The notes under the pieces were generated by a model. That model was not told where the DNA came from and made no database searches. It saw only the letters and a program-made list of their open reading frames with translations. Shown piece after piece: positions 15,665 to 25,332 of a stretch of 28,888 nucleotides of DNA. Within the stretch, counting starts at the first letter, position 1; every line of letters begins with the position of its first letter. A program made the position numbers and the translations under genes. Location: positions 1 through 28,888 of the IMG/VR virus record IMGVR_UViG_3300037493_001368; one strand, 5' to 3'. This DNA comes from a virus (Duplodnaviria; Caudoviricetes).

Positions 15665-18600
15665 ATGAACCAAAGTTTTCTACTAAGTACGGTCTCATTT
15701 TTGGATTTAAACGAACGCCATCTACCGTATCTTTAAGCGCATTCTCACGTGCAGTGTACGATTTATTGATAGTATCTTGTGAAATTTTAATTCCAGGTTC
15801 AGGGTGGATTGAGTTGAAGTTAGCTATTTTTTCATTTATATCCATCATGCCATCTGTATCACCGGTAGTACGCGCAAGGTATAAGTTATCTAGTAACGCG
15901 CCTCTTCTTTCTCCGATATATTTTTCAGCCTGCTTCATAGACCCAGCACGAGCATACGCTTCGCTAAGAGTAGCGGGGGTAAACCCAAGTATTTGCATCG
16001 CTAGGTTATATGCATTGATATCCTCTACGATTGGAGCCCCTTTAGAATTTAGCGCTCCCTCAGTTGCATACCGAATACCCTTCATACCGTTACGAATAAA
16101 GGATGGCATTACCGCTTCAATGGCTCGTTCGTTGTGGCCTTTTTGTAGCTCGTCAAGTGCACGAGATGGGTTTGTAACTAAGGCGGAATAAGCTGGGCCC
16201 ATCATGTGTTCGATAGCGTAGATAAGTGGACCAACATCTGCCAAACGTTTTTTATCGTCACGCCACAACATACCATTGAAACCAGTACGAGAAGCGATGT
16301 CTATGTTGAGCAACTGATTGAGCGGGCCTTTGTAACCTAAATCGCCAATGGCAGTACGCACAGATTCATCTGCATCAAATGGTTCGTCGTCATCACCCAA
16401 AGCTGCATTTAACGTAGAGGCTACTAAAGTAGCGCCGCCATATAGAGGCATACCTTGAACACCAGCGAATAAGTAGGCCATACCAAAGATACCGGTAAGT
16501 TGTTTACGTGCAACGTCCCTAACTTCTTTAGATTCACCTGCGTATGCTTGTTGAGCTAAGCGACCTACTAAATAAATCTGTGCTTGAGCAAAGCGTTTGA
16601 AGGTAAACATAACTTTACCCCAGCCTTGTTGGAAGAACCTAGGACCTGCATCAGTTAGCGCATGGCTATGTGCAGATGTGTTTACACGGATAGCTTCTTC
16701 GATTGCTTCTTCTTTAGACATGCCTGATTTTCTAGCTAGGTCAAAGGTGGCAATTAAGGTTACTTCACGGTTAAAGCGCTCTGAGTTTTGGAACAAGAAC
16801 CCAAGTCCATGCTCAACCTTAGAACGAATGCCGGTATAGTCTTCAGTGCTTACCTTACGCATTTCAGTCATTTCATAGCCAACGCCACGACGTATAGCAG
16901 AACGGTCTACGGCTACTTTATATAAGTCTGCGTATTCCCCTTTGGCATTAGTACCAAATGTGCGGTCAGGCATAAACTCAGAGTTGTTATCTAAGCCACC
17001 AGCAAAGTACATCTTAGTAGCTCTAGACATTGCACTAGCGGCTTCACCAAACCCATACTTACCCCCTAGTAAGCTGTAAACAACGATGGGCAACTGAGTT
17101 AAGTTGATAACCGCAGAAGAAACGTTACCTGTAATGTAAGATAGGTAGCTGAAATAAGAAAGCCTAGATGCCCAAGGTGCCGCAGTTGGGTTGCTTAGGA
17201 ACTGTTCTTGAGATGCAATGTTGTCGTATATGTCGCGGTTAGCCATTGAAGGGTTAGCTTCGTATACTGTCTTGACGCCTTTAATAGCATTACCAATCTC
17301 AGGTGCATACTCCATGTTAGCAAGTTGATGTGCCATACGACTACCAACTGCTGCGAAGCCCTGAACTACATCTGATGTATACCCTTTATAACCTTCACGG
17401 GTTTGGAACTGTTGCTTCAAGGATTCAGCTGGGAACAAGTCTAGGTAAGACCTATAGATGTCGTTAATTACTTCATCGTTTACTTTAGCTTTTTGCAAGT
17501 CTGAAATAACACCTGCCATAAATCCGGTAGGTGGTGCAGAGCGATGGGTAATTTGCGCTATCTGGGTATACTTTTGAATGTTAGTGCCGCCGGCTTTTGC
17601 AATAGCATCTGCAATCGCATCTAATTCTCTTTGGGACTCTCTTGCAAATACTACGCGTTCTCCATTAGTATCGGTAAAGGAAATCCAGTAATCACCGGAA
17701 CGTAGCAATGGTAGGTAGAATGGAATACGGCCAGCTTCAAACTTAGCCTTCATCTTCTCTACTAAAGTCAAATACTCCCTGTTGTTTTGCTGAGGAATTT
17801 GATTGATTAGTAAATCTAAGTACTTATCACCGTATGCTTTGTATTGGTCAGCAAGTTCGATTGCGTAGTTTTGCAATGGTAGAGGTAAGTTTTTAAACTG
17901 TTTAACCAATGCATTATCCGCGTCTTTTGCATCTCTTGGGTCAAGTTTAAGACGAGATATATCTAGAATAAGCGTATTAAATTGTTTTACTTGTGCAGGT
18001 GTCATTGCCTTGATTAGCTTAGACCCTTTATTCACAATCCTAGAAACTTGCTCACGATACTCAATACTACGAGCGCCACGGTATTCAACCGCTGTCAAAA
18101 GATTTTTTAGTGTAGGGAAAGTTTTGCCAAAAACTTCGACTAGGTTAGGTAGGCTCATAAACCCTAAAGCGCCCTTCCTGAGCGAGTCTGGTACGGTTGA
18201 TACCGCATTTAAGGCACCTTCTATTACCGCTGGTTTTGGTTCGGGTAAATTATCTAGTACGGTATCTGCAATCCCAATCTCACTTGAAGCTTCTTGGGCT
18301 TTTTGTTTAACGTTAGCAGTCTTTCTAGTTTTTTCCCGTTCTTTAGACTTCTCTCTGTATATACGAGCAATATCTTTTTTGTTTACTCTGCGGAATGCAG
18401 CTTCACCTAAGTCTTTACGAAGGGCAGCTACTGTTTCACCAAGAGAACGTGCACCATCACGGATAAGTACTTCAATCATTTGGGTGATTGCTTTTAGTAT
18501 ATCAGGTGGAGTTTCGCCCGGAACGATATTAAGTTTGTGTTCAAACATGGCGGATAAGGCAGCGCCTAGATTAGCAGCAGCTTGCTCTCTGGTTAGTTCT

Positions 18601-21600
18601 TCACGAGTAGCAGCCATTTTAGGGGTTTTTGTATCGGGAGTACTTGCGGCAGTACCTTGTACAGTTTTAGTTATATACTTAGTTTCAGAGCTTGCGAAGT
18701 CCTCTGTTGGGAAGAACTCTTGAATTGATTTTGACTCTGGTATTACAACTATAGGAAAGCTTTTTACCCCTTTAGGGATAACCTTAAACACCACGTTTTG
18801 CATAAACTCGTTAGGTACATTGATACAACCAAATGAGATGCGGTTATCTTCAGGAGTAGCGGATTCTAAACGTGCTTGACGTTGCTCAGCTGGTGCACCT
18901 AAATAGGTTGGGTGCATAGCGATAGAGTAGTTGTCAAATATTTGCAGGGTAATAACATTACCGTAATGAGGAACATTTTTTACACTTGCATCAAACATCC
19001 CGGCTTCAGTAACTTTATCTTTTTCTGCTATTGACTCTACGTTCGCCGTCTTTTTAGCTGCTTCGGACCTAACATCCCCTTTAGTTTTACCAGTAAGAGA
19101 TGCAGATTTACCAGCTAGTACGCCGTTTGCATCAATCACATAGGTCAACCCCATTTGTTTATCTACGATAGCAATAGGTTTATTCGGGTTAGCCCTCATG
19201 CGGTTATCAGCGACTTGTTGGATATAGCCTGGAACAGCTACGTTTTTAAAGTCTACCTTTGGACGCTCAACTGTTTGTTTTATTGTGTAGGTTGTGACCG
19301 GTATATTTACAGTATGGATTTGCGTATTTGCAGGATTGAGGTTCACCAACATCGCCACGGACAACATGCCGTGTTTAACAGATAGCCATACTTTATTAAA
19401 TAGGTCAGCTAATTTATGCTGCGCGTTCTTTGCACCTGCGAATACCCAATCTGTAAATTCTTCGGTAAACTTATCTAGGGCAACATTAGAATCCGTAGTA
19501 CCGTAGTGTTCGTTAACCCTAGATAGTTCTTCTGGAGTAAGTTCCGCCTCTACTGCAGCATGCACTGCTTCGGTCATATCTGTAGAGTTATTTACTTCGG
19601 CCTGAGTTACTTTCTTAGCTTTAGCTTTGGGTTTCTTAGCCGCTTTTGGTGCGGGTGCTGCCTCGGGCTCTTTAGTTTCTAGAGTAGCTACATGTTCTTT
19701 AAGCGCCTGTAATCTTGCTGGGGACGGCACTTTGACAGCTTCCCAAACTAGTTTTCCTAGTTTAGTTTTTGGAGTTGCATTTAAATCACCAGCATCACGG
19801 GCAATAAAGTAATGAGATTCTGATAGGTCATCTTCTAATTTTCTACGTCTAGCGGTATCTTCACGTCTAGGTTTACGTAGGTTATTTATTTTTTGCTCTA
19901 GGGGCATCAACTCTTTGTAGATTTCTTCAACTGAAGTTAGATGCCTATTTAATTTATTTAAATCTGGTTCTGTAATATTTTCGTCGGCGGCTACCTGTTC
20001 GGCCGTGTAGTCTTCAATAGGCTCTTGAAGAGTTTTTACTACAGGTGCTTTTACAGGCACTTCTTCAGCTACGGCTTCTTCTATCGGTGCTTCTTCAACT
20101 ACAGCTTCAGGTTCTTTGCGATTAACTTCACTTGCATAGAAGTCGGCTTCTTCTTGGGTTAATTGGTTTTTGCCGTGTAGAGATATTACTTCTTCTTGCA
20201 AGTATTTAGGCATGTCTTCAAAAGCTATGCCGGTGTCAAAGTTATCCCAGGTCTCTTCAATAGGCTCTGCCTGTAGTGCTTCTTTTGCTTGAAGTGTGTC
20301 TAATGGGGCTTCGTTCGTAGCTTTTTCGGCTACAACTGGGGCTTGTTCTTTTACTGTTGCAGGAGGCAACGCGGCTTTAAAGTTTGTTACGCTTTCCTGT
20401 AACTTAGGGCTCAACCTAGATTGGGATAAGTAGATATCAAGACCCGCATGTAGTCTATCAACATCTTCCTGCTTAGTAATATCTAAGTTATTCAACGCGC
20501 CTTCTTTGCGCAATATGGCTGAATGGCCAATACCTAAGTCTTTCCAAGTTTGGTCGGATGTAACTGTAGTAGGCTCTGTACGTGCAGCCTCTATTTGTTT
20601 TGCTTTTACTTTAGGGCCGAAGTCAGAAGCTTGTGCTATCAGTTGTTGTAACGGTGCAGATGGAGACAAGCCGCTTTCTTTCATGCGAACGTTCTGCATG
20701 ATGTCAAATTGTTTAGGTGCTAGCTCTTCTAATGCTTGCTTTTGGTCTACTTTAGCTTGCGCTTCTGCTTGTTTTTGTTGTTGTGCGGCAGTCTTCACAG
20801 ATGCAAGGGCTTCAGGAGTTGGTTTACCTGTTGCACCGAATAGGGCTTCTTGTTCTACGGGGGTTAATTCTGCTTGTGCAGTTTCTTCCGTAGGCATAGC
20901 AGGGCCAACTTCCCCTTGAGTAAATCCTGCAACCGGTTCCATACCCGGTAAGTCCATAGGTAGGTTTGCTTGTGACCGTTGGGCTGCTTGTGCAGCTGCT
21001 TGCTCTTGAGCTTGTTGTGCTTGAGTTACCATGTCAGCTTGACGCTGACGTTCTGCCATTGCTTCGTCTATTTGTTGTTGTCTAACAGCTTCTTCTTGAG
21101 CGGCACGTTGTTGCTCTATTGCTTTTTCTTGGGCATTTTTTGCAGCACCTTGGATAGCACCAAACGGAGTACCCGCAATAGCACCACGCACACCACTTTC
21201 AACAATGCGGTTAAAGTCTTTATCAGTCCACATATCGCGGTTTTCATTTACGAAACCTTCTGCAGCAATGTTAAGTGCCTCTTGCGCACTTTCAGTTAGA
21301 CCTTCTGTACCTACACTTGTAAAAGCTGCCTTAGTAATGTTTTTAGCTAAGCCCGGACGCATACCAGATTGCTCTAGAATTTTACCGGTAATAGCGGCTT
21401 TACCTGCTGGGGATAGAGAGCTTAATAGTTTTGCTGGAAGAACAGAATCTAGCGCAGCGCTAACTGACCCAAATAGTATGGATGCACCGGGAGCTAGTTG
21501 ACCGGAATCTTGATAGATACTTTGAAATACTTCAGGGGTGTTCATTGCAAATGAACCGAGGTATACACCAACCCCTTGACCTTTAGCCTGCTGCCTTGCA

Positions 21601-22154
21601 GCGTTCTCTGCACCGACACGACCAGCAACGTGAGCTAATTCTTCAGCGGAGGCACCTGTCTCTACAAGGCCCGGAGTTATACCCGCTAATTCTTTTTCTG
21701 CTAGTTTAGCAGCACCACGTTTAGCAACTGCACCGCCTATACCGCCTGGTACGAGCATGCTAGCCATATCAGGGGTTACTTCACCCAATGTTTCTAGTGC
21801 GTATCTAGCAGCGTCGCCCAGACCACTTACTTCTTTATAGGATTCAAACTGTGCGGGGTTTTCTCGAGCTAGCTGTTCTTCCGTAGCTTGGGCTTCTGCC
21901 ATTTGAGCTTTGGCATAGTCATCAAACCCTAATGCACTTGCACCTAGGGCAGGAAGGATATCCCCAAAGGTTTCACCCATACGAGTTGCCCCGCGAGATA
22001 CGCCTTTGGTAAATGACCCCATTAATCCATAATCAGGACCAGGAAGTTTAAAGTCATGTTTTTCTGATAATTGGCGTACTTGGGCTAGAAATTGCTCTTG
22101 TGTTAGGTCGTCTCTAAATTTGACTGGGCCTAACTTTGGTAAATTAACAATCAT
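15663..22154 (-). CDS. large internal virion/DNA ejection (polyvalent) protein with an L,D-transpeptidase-like domain and a PLxRFG-like region
   Basis: 2163 aa; last gene of the virion block; Gly/Ala-rich hydrophobic N-terminus; AMH...ISFGCINV motif; YLPLLRSGDYW motif. Confidence 0.8.
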   Translation of the reverse strand: MIVNLPKLGPVKFRDDLTQEQFLAQVRQLSEKHDFKLPGPDYGLMGSFTKGVSRGATRMGETFGDILPALGASALGFDDYAKAQMAEAQATEEQLARENPAQFESYKEVSGLGDAARYALETLGEVTPDMASMLVPGGIGGAVAKRGAAKLAEKELAGITPGLVETGASAEELAHVAGRVGAENAARQQAKGQGVGVYLGSFAMNTPEVFQSIYQDSGQLAPGASILFGSVSAALDSVLPAKLLSSLSPAGKAAITGKILEQSGMRPGLAKNITKAAFTSVGTEGLTESAQEALNIAAEGFVNENRDMWTDKDFNRIVESGVRGAIAGTPFGAIQGAAKNAQEKAIEQQRAAQEEAVRQQQIDEAMAERQRQADMVTQAQQAQEQAAAQAAQRSQANLPMDLPGMEPVAGFTQGEVGPAMPTEETAQAELTPVEQEALFGATGKPTPEALASVKTAAQQQKQAEAQAKVDQKQALEELAPKQFDIMQNVRMKESGLSPSAPLQQLIAQASDFGPKVKAKQIEAARTEPTTVTSDQTWKDLGIGHSAILRKEGALNNLDITKQEDVDRLHAGLDIYLSQSRLSPKLQESVTNFKAALPPATVKEQAPVVAEKATNEAPLDTLQAKEALQAEPIEETWDNFDTGIAFEDMPKYLQEEVISLHGKNQLTQEEADFYASEVNRKEPEAVVEEAPIEEAVAEEVPVKAPVVKTLQEPIEDYTAEQVAADENITEPDLNKLNRHLTSVEEIYKELMPLEQKINNLRKPRREDTARRRKLEDDLSESHYFIARDAGDLNATPKTKLGKLVWEAVKVPSPARLQALKEHVATLETKEPEAAPAPKAAKKPKAKAKKVTQAEVNNSTDMTEAVHAAVEAELTPEELSRVNEHYGTTDSNVALDKFTEEFTDWVFAGAKNAQHKLADLFNKVWLSVKHGMLSVAMLVNLNPANTQIHTVNIPVTTYTIKQTVERPKVDFKNVAVPGYIQQVADNRMRANPNKPIAIVDKQMGLTYVIDANGVLAGKSASLTGKTKGDVRSEAAKKTANVESIAEKDKVTEAGMFDASVKNVPHYGNVITLQIFDNYSIAMHPTYLGAPAEQRQARLESATPEDNRISFGCINVPNEFMQNVVFKVIPKGVKSFPIVVIPESKSIQEFFPTEDFASSETKYITKTVQGTAASTPDTKTPKMAATREELTREQAAANLGAALSAMFEHKLNIVPGETPPDILKAITQMIEVLIRDGARSLGETVAALRKDLGEAAFRRVNKKDIARIYREKSKEREKTRKTANVKQKAQEASSEIGIADTVLDNLPEPKPAVIEGALNAVSTVPDSLRKGALGFMSLPNLVEVFGKTFPTLKNLLTAVEYRGARSIEYREQVSRIVNKGSKLIKAMTPAQVKQFNTLILDISRLKLDPRDAKDADNALVKQFKNLPLPLQNYAIELADQYKAYGDKYLDLLINQIPQQNNREYLTLVEKMKAKFEAGRIPFYLPLLRSGDYWISFTDTNGERVVFARESQRELDAIADAIAKAGGTNIQKYTQIAQITHRSAPPTGFMAGVISDLQKAKVNDEVINDIYRSYLDLFPAESLKQQFQTREGYKGYTSDVVQGFAAVGSRMAHQLANMEYAPEIGNAIKGVKTVYEANPSMANRDIYDNIASQEQFLSNPTAAPWASRLSYFSYLSYITGNVSSAVINLTQLPIVVYSLLGGKYGFGEAASAMSRATKMYFAGGLDNNSEFMPDRTFGTNAKGEYADLYKVAVDRSAIRRGVGYEMTEMRKVSTEDYTGIRSKVEHGLGFLFQNSERFNREVTLIATFDLARKSGMSKEEAIEEAIRVNTSAHSHALTDAGPRFFQQGWGKVMFTFKRFAQAQIYLVGRLAQQAYAGESKEVRDVARKQLTGIFGMAYLFAGVQGMPLYGGATLVASTLNAALGDDDEPFDADESVRTAIGDLGYKGPLNQLLNIDIASRTGFNGMLWRDDKKRLADVGPLIYAIEHMMGPAYSALVTNPSRALDELQKGHNERAIEAVMPSFIRNGMKGIRYATEGALNSKGAPIVEDINAYNLAMQILGFTPATLSEAYARAGSMKQAEKYIGERRGALLDNLYLARTTGDTDGMMDINEKIANFNSIHPEPGIKISQDTINKSYTARENALKDTVDGVRLNPKMRPYLVENFGS
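18735..19230 (-). other. YkuD-type L,D-transpeptidase catalytic domain within the 2163-aa protein
   Basis: IAIVDK..GLTYV, TG, TEAGMF, IAMH (His1081), SFGCINV (Cys1110), IVVIPE occur in the canonical YkuD order. Boundaries are approximate. Confidence 0.8.
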
Positions 22155-22171
22155 AACAATTCCTTAAACGT

Positions 22172-23770
22172 TTAGTCCGCAGCTCCATACGTTCCGCCAC
22201 CAAGAGATTCTGCAGTTCTAACCCCTTCATCAGCCTCTAGAACTTGGCCTAATGCATTAGCAATGTACCCTTCTCGTAAGAGTTTTAACTCGCCTTTAAA
22301 CAATTCATTTCCAACGTCGTTATTATACTTCTTTTTAAGCGCAAGATATGCGTCCGTGTAAGCAGGGTCTGATTGCATATTCTTCATGACTGATTGTTTA
22401 GTCGCAATTAACTTAGCTGCTGTCGCTGCATCCGCAGATTTCATTCGTTTTTCGTACATAGCAATTGTTTGTGAATGTTGTGCGGCTGCTTGGTCTAGTT
22501 TTTTCAAATCTAATTGGGCTGCAACTTTAGCTTTCTTAGCATCATACATGCCGGTAGCATTTCTAACTTCAAGGTCAGTTTTATACCCAATCTTAGCAAG
22601 TTCTGCAGCATTATTTTGTGCTTCTCTGTGTTCTTTACTGCGTATGCCATAATCAGCAGCGGCTACTTTTTCAGCACGGTCAGCTTGTGCTTGACGAGTA
22701 GATAAATCAAATTGTTTTTCACGTGCAGCTTCGACTTTATCTTTAGCTGCTGAAAGCCCTTGTAGTGCATTAATACCTGATTTACTAATAGCTTCGCCTT
22801 CTTGGCCTTTTCTAGCACCAGCAATACCTAACCCAAATTGAGCTAATGCCATCCACGGTGCAGCTTCTTCTGCTTTACCTGTTTTTTCTTCCATGGCTTT
22901 TAGTCTTGCATCGTTTGCGGCTCTGTTAGGGTCTATACCAATTAATCCTGCACGCTCGTCGATTAACGCTTGAGGAGATTTTACCTCTTGTTTTAACTTT
23001 TCATAGGCAGAGCTATTGTCTGTTATGTTAGTCCAATCCAAATCCCCTAGTTTAGAAGAGAATGAAGATGACTTGTTAACTGGGGCAGCTGCATCAGCAG
23101 CAGCTTGTACGTTATCTTTAACCATTGGAGGTTGTGCGGATAATGGTTTAGCTTGTGCGGGTGCTACTGGAGCTAATGTTCCAGATTGACTTAAGGATTG
23201 CAATTCTGATAGAGACATTTTAGGTAGTCTTTCAGATATAGCTTGTGCCTGTTCACGTTCTACGTCAGATTGCTCCATGAACAACCCACCTAATCCAGCT
23301 TTAGGGCCGTATTTAGATTGAAGGTCAGCACGTAGTTTTTCAGCAAGTAGGTATTCGTCCCCAACAGCTTGTCTTCCTTCCCACCAACGACCCACTGGAG
23401 ATGCTGCTTTTACTTCGCCTTGAGTTGCATATCCAGGAACATCGCCACCATCATCAAATGCAATTATGCCGCCGCCCGCGTAAGAACCACCATCGAACAT
23501 GCCTTCGGCTACTGGAAGAGATGCGATACCGGGGTCTACTTGAGCTGCTTTTTGTTCTATTACCGTTTGAGTTGGAGCCTGCACTGGAGCACTTGGGGCT
23601 GGACTTTGCGGCATATCTTTAATCATCGCTGCCGCTAGTTTTTGCTCTGGAGTACCAGTCAATAGGTATGCATTAACGTGCTGCGCCCTAACATCTGCAG
23701 GGATAGCGAGCATGGATTCAAATATAGTATTTAAGTCCGGTTTTGTGATTGGGCGCATGTTCTGTTGCAT
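22172..23770 (-). CDS. putative internal virion/ejection protein
   Basis: 532 aa, Ala-rich helical; GIASLP and YAGGGIIAFDDGG motifs; lies between other internal proteins. Confidence 0.65.
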   Translation of the reverse strand: MQQNMRPITKPDLNTIFESMLAIPADVRAQHVNAYLLTGTPEQKLAAAMIKDMPQSPAPSAPVQAPTQTVIEQKAAQVDPGIASLPVAEGMFDGGSYAGGGIIAFDDGGDVPGYATQGEVKAASPVGRWWEGRQAVGDEYLLAEKLRADLQSKYGPKAGLGGLFMEQSDVEREQAQAISERLPKMSLSELQSLSQSGTLAPVAPAQAKPLSAQPPMVKDNVQAAADAAAPVNKSSSFSSKLGDLDWTNITDNSSAYEKLKQEVKSPQALIDERAGLIGIDPNRAANDARLKAMEEKTGKAEEAAPWMALAQFGLGIAGARKGQEGEAISKSGINALQGLSAAKDKVEAAREKQFDLSTRQAQADRAEKVAAADYGIRSKEHREAQNNAAELAKIGYKTDLEVRNATGMYDAKKAKVAAQLDLKKLDQAAAQHSQTIAMYEKRMKSADAATAAKLIATKQSVMKNMQSDPAYTDAYLALKKKYNNDVGNELFKGELKLLREGYIANALGQVLEADEGVRTAESLGGGTYGAAD

Positions 23771-23779
23771 ATCTTATCC

Positions 23780-24907
23780 TTATTTTAATGCGTTAGCTAA
23801 GCCTAAGCCCGCTAAACCTAAACCGCCAATCTGTGCACCAATACTTTGAGGTGCTTGATAAGATTGAGTAGTAGATGCCAATTGTACAGGTAATCCACGG
23901 AGAATGTTACTGTAGAAGCCAAGTTGTTCTTGTGGGTAGTCACGTTGACGTAAGAAGTCTTGGTATGCAGTATCAAGTTGTGTTTGTTGTAATGCTTGTT
24001 GTTGTGCAGCTGAACCTTGTTGTGCGCCTAGACGAGCTATGTCAGATGCTTGTTGTGTAGAACCTAATGCGCCTAGACCCGTTGCTGCCTGTTGAATACC
24101 GCTTAAACCTGTACCAAATAGTTGTTGTCCTAGACCTGCAGCATATTGTTGGCCTTGTTGGTTTTGCTGGTTAGCTTGTAAGCCCGCTGCCTGGTTAGCT
24201 GTTTGAGCTTGCATTTGGCGTGCTTGGTCAGCTTGAAACTGTTGTTGTGCATTTAGATAGCCTTGTTGACTACCTTGCATTTGAATGTCACCTAGTTGTT
24301 GGTTTAGACCACGGTTTTGCTCAGCCTGTAATAGTGCGTTCCTAGCCCCACCAAATGTACCACGGCCAATCGCACCACTCATTAATGCATTTTTATCTAG
24401 GGCGCCTTTTTGTTGTGCTTCACGTAAGGCAATGTTAGTTACGTTTTGTTGGTACGGGCTTGAATAGTAATCAGCAGCGCCTTGACCAAATTGTTGAGTC
24501 CCTACTTGTTGTGCATTATAGTTGGTAGGTTGATATGCTAGAGCCTGATTTAAGCCCGCACCAGCACCAGCCATGCTCATCCCACCAGCTACATTAAGAC
24601 CTTGAGTTGCTTGACCAAACTGACCTGGTGTGCTCAAGTTAGAATAGTTTTGTTGAATGCCTTGTTGTTCAGGAGTAAACCCCGCTACACGAGCAGCCCC
24701 GTATGGTTGGTACCCTTGGTATGATTGTGCTTGTGTACGGTTTAATAAGTTCTCAAAGTACGGACGTGCATATTCAGGCAAGTTAGTTTGCGTAACCGTT
24801 TGGTTTGTAGGTGCTGGTGCACCGCCGCCTTTACCGTATAACTTAACGCTTTTACCAACTTTCTGGAATGCCTCTTCAGGCAACATCTCTAGGTGATTAT
24901 ATCTCAT
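23780..24907 (-). CDS. putative DNA ejection/pilot protein
   Basis: 375 aa, Gln/Gly/Ala-rich; LPEYARPY, GTFGGAR, YQDFLRQRDYP motifs; hydrophobic Gly-zipper C-terminus. Confidence 0.65.
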   Translation of the reverse strand: MRYNHLEMLPEEAFQKVGKSVKLYGKGGGAPAPTNQTVTQTNLPEYARPYFENLLNRTQAQSYQGYQPYGAARVAGFTPEQQGIQQNYSNLSTPGQFGQATQGLNVAGGMSMAGAGAGLNQALAYQPTNYNAQQVGTQQFGQGAADYYSSPYQQNVTNIALREAQQKGALDKNALMSGAIGRGTFGGARNALLQAEQNRGLNQQLGDIQMQGSQQGYLNAQQQFQADQARQMQAQTANQAAGLQANQQNQQGQQYAAGLGQQLFGTGLSGIQQAATGLGALGSTQQASDIARLGAQQGSAAQQQALQQTQLDTAYQDFLRQRDYPQEQLGFYSNILRGLPVQLASTTQSYQAPQSIGAQIGGLGLAGLGLANALK

Positions 24908-24909
24908 AC

Positions 24910-25329
24910 TTATTTCTCCGCTGGCAATTCATAAAACATGAACCGCGACTTAAACCCATCATTTTGAAAGACCTTACCCCAACCTTCACGTCCATAGGAC
25001 TCGATAACTGCACAATCATTATCTTTTGCGAATCGTTGAAGTACTTTCAACATATCCGGTTTCCATTTAGCTAACTCAACTCCACCTGTAAAGTGCATAA
25101 CTAATGCTTTCATTCTAGGGTAAGTTATAACTTCAGTAACTACCGCTCCCAAAACATTGTCGTCATCTTCAAAGGCTATCCACAACTGCTGTGGTTTTGT
25201 TTCTATCCCTACTTTAATATCTTCTACTGTAAATCTACCATACGTGTACTTAGCGGCTCCGTCTAGATAAGCCCTTACTTGAGGCCATACTACTTCTAAG
25301 TATTCTAAAGGTACAAAAGATACTTGCAT
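24910..25329 (-). CDS. GNAT-like acyltransferase-fold protein of the virion module
   Basis: QLWIAF, GAVVTEVITYP, FTGG, RFAKDNDCAVIESYGREGW pattern. Confidence 0.65.
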   Translation of the reverse strand: MQVSFVPLEYLEVVWPQVRAYLDGAAKYTYGRFTVEDIKVGIETKPQQLWIAFEDDDNVLGAVVTEVITYPRMKALVMHFTGGVELAKWKPDMLKVLQRFAKDNDCAVIESYGREGWGKVFQNDGFKSRFMFYELPAEK

Positions 25330-25332
25330 TTC

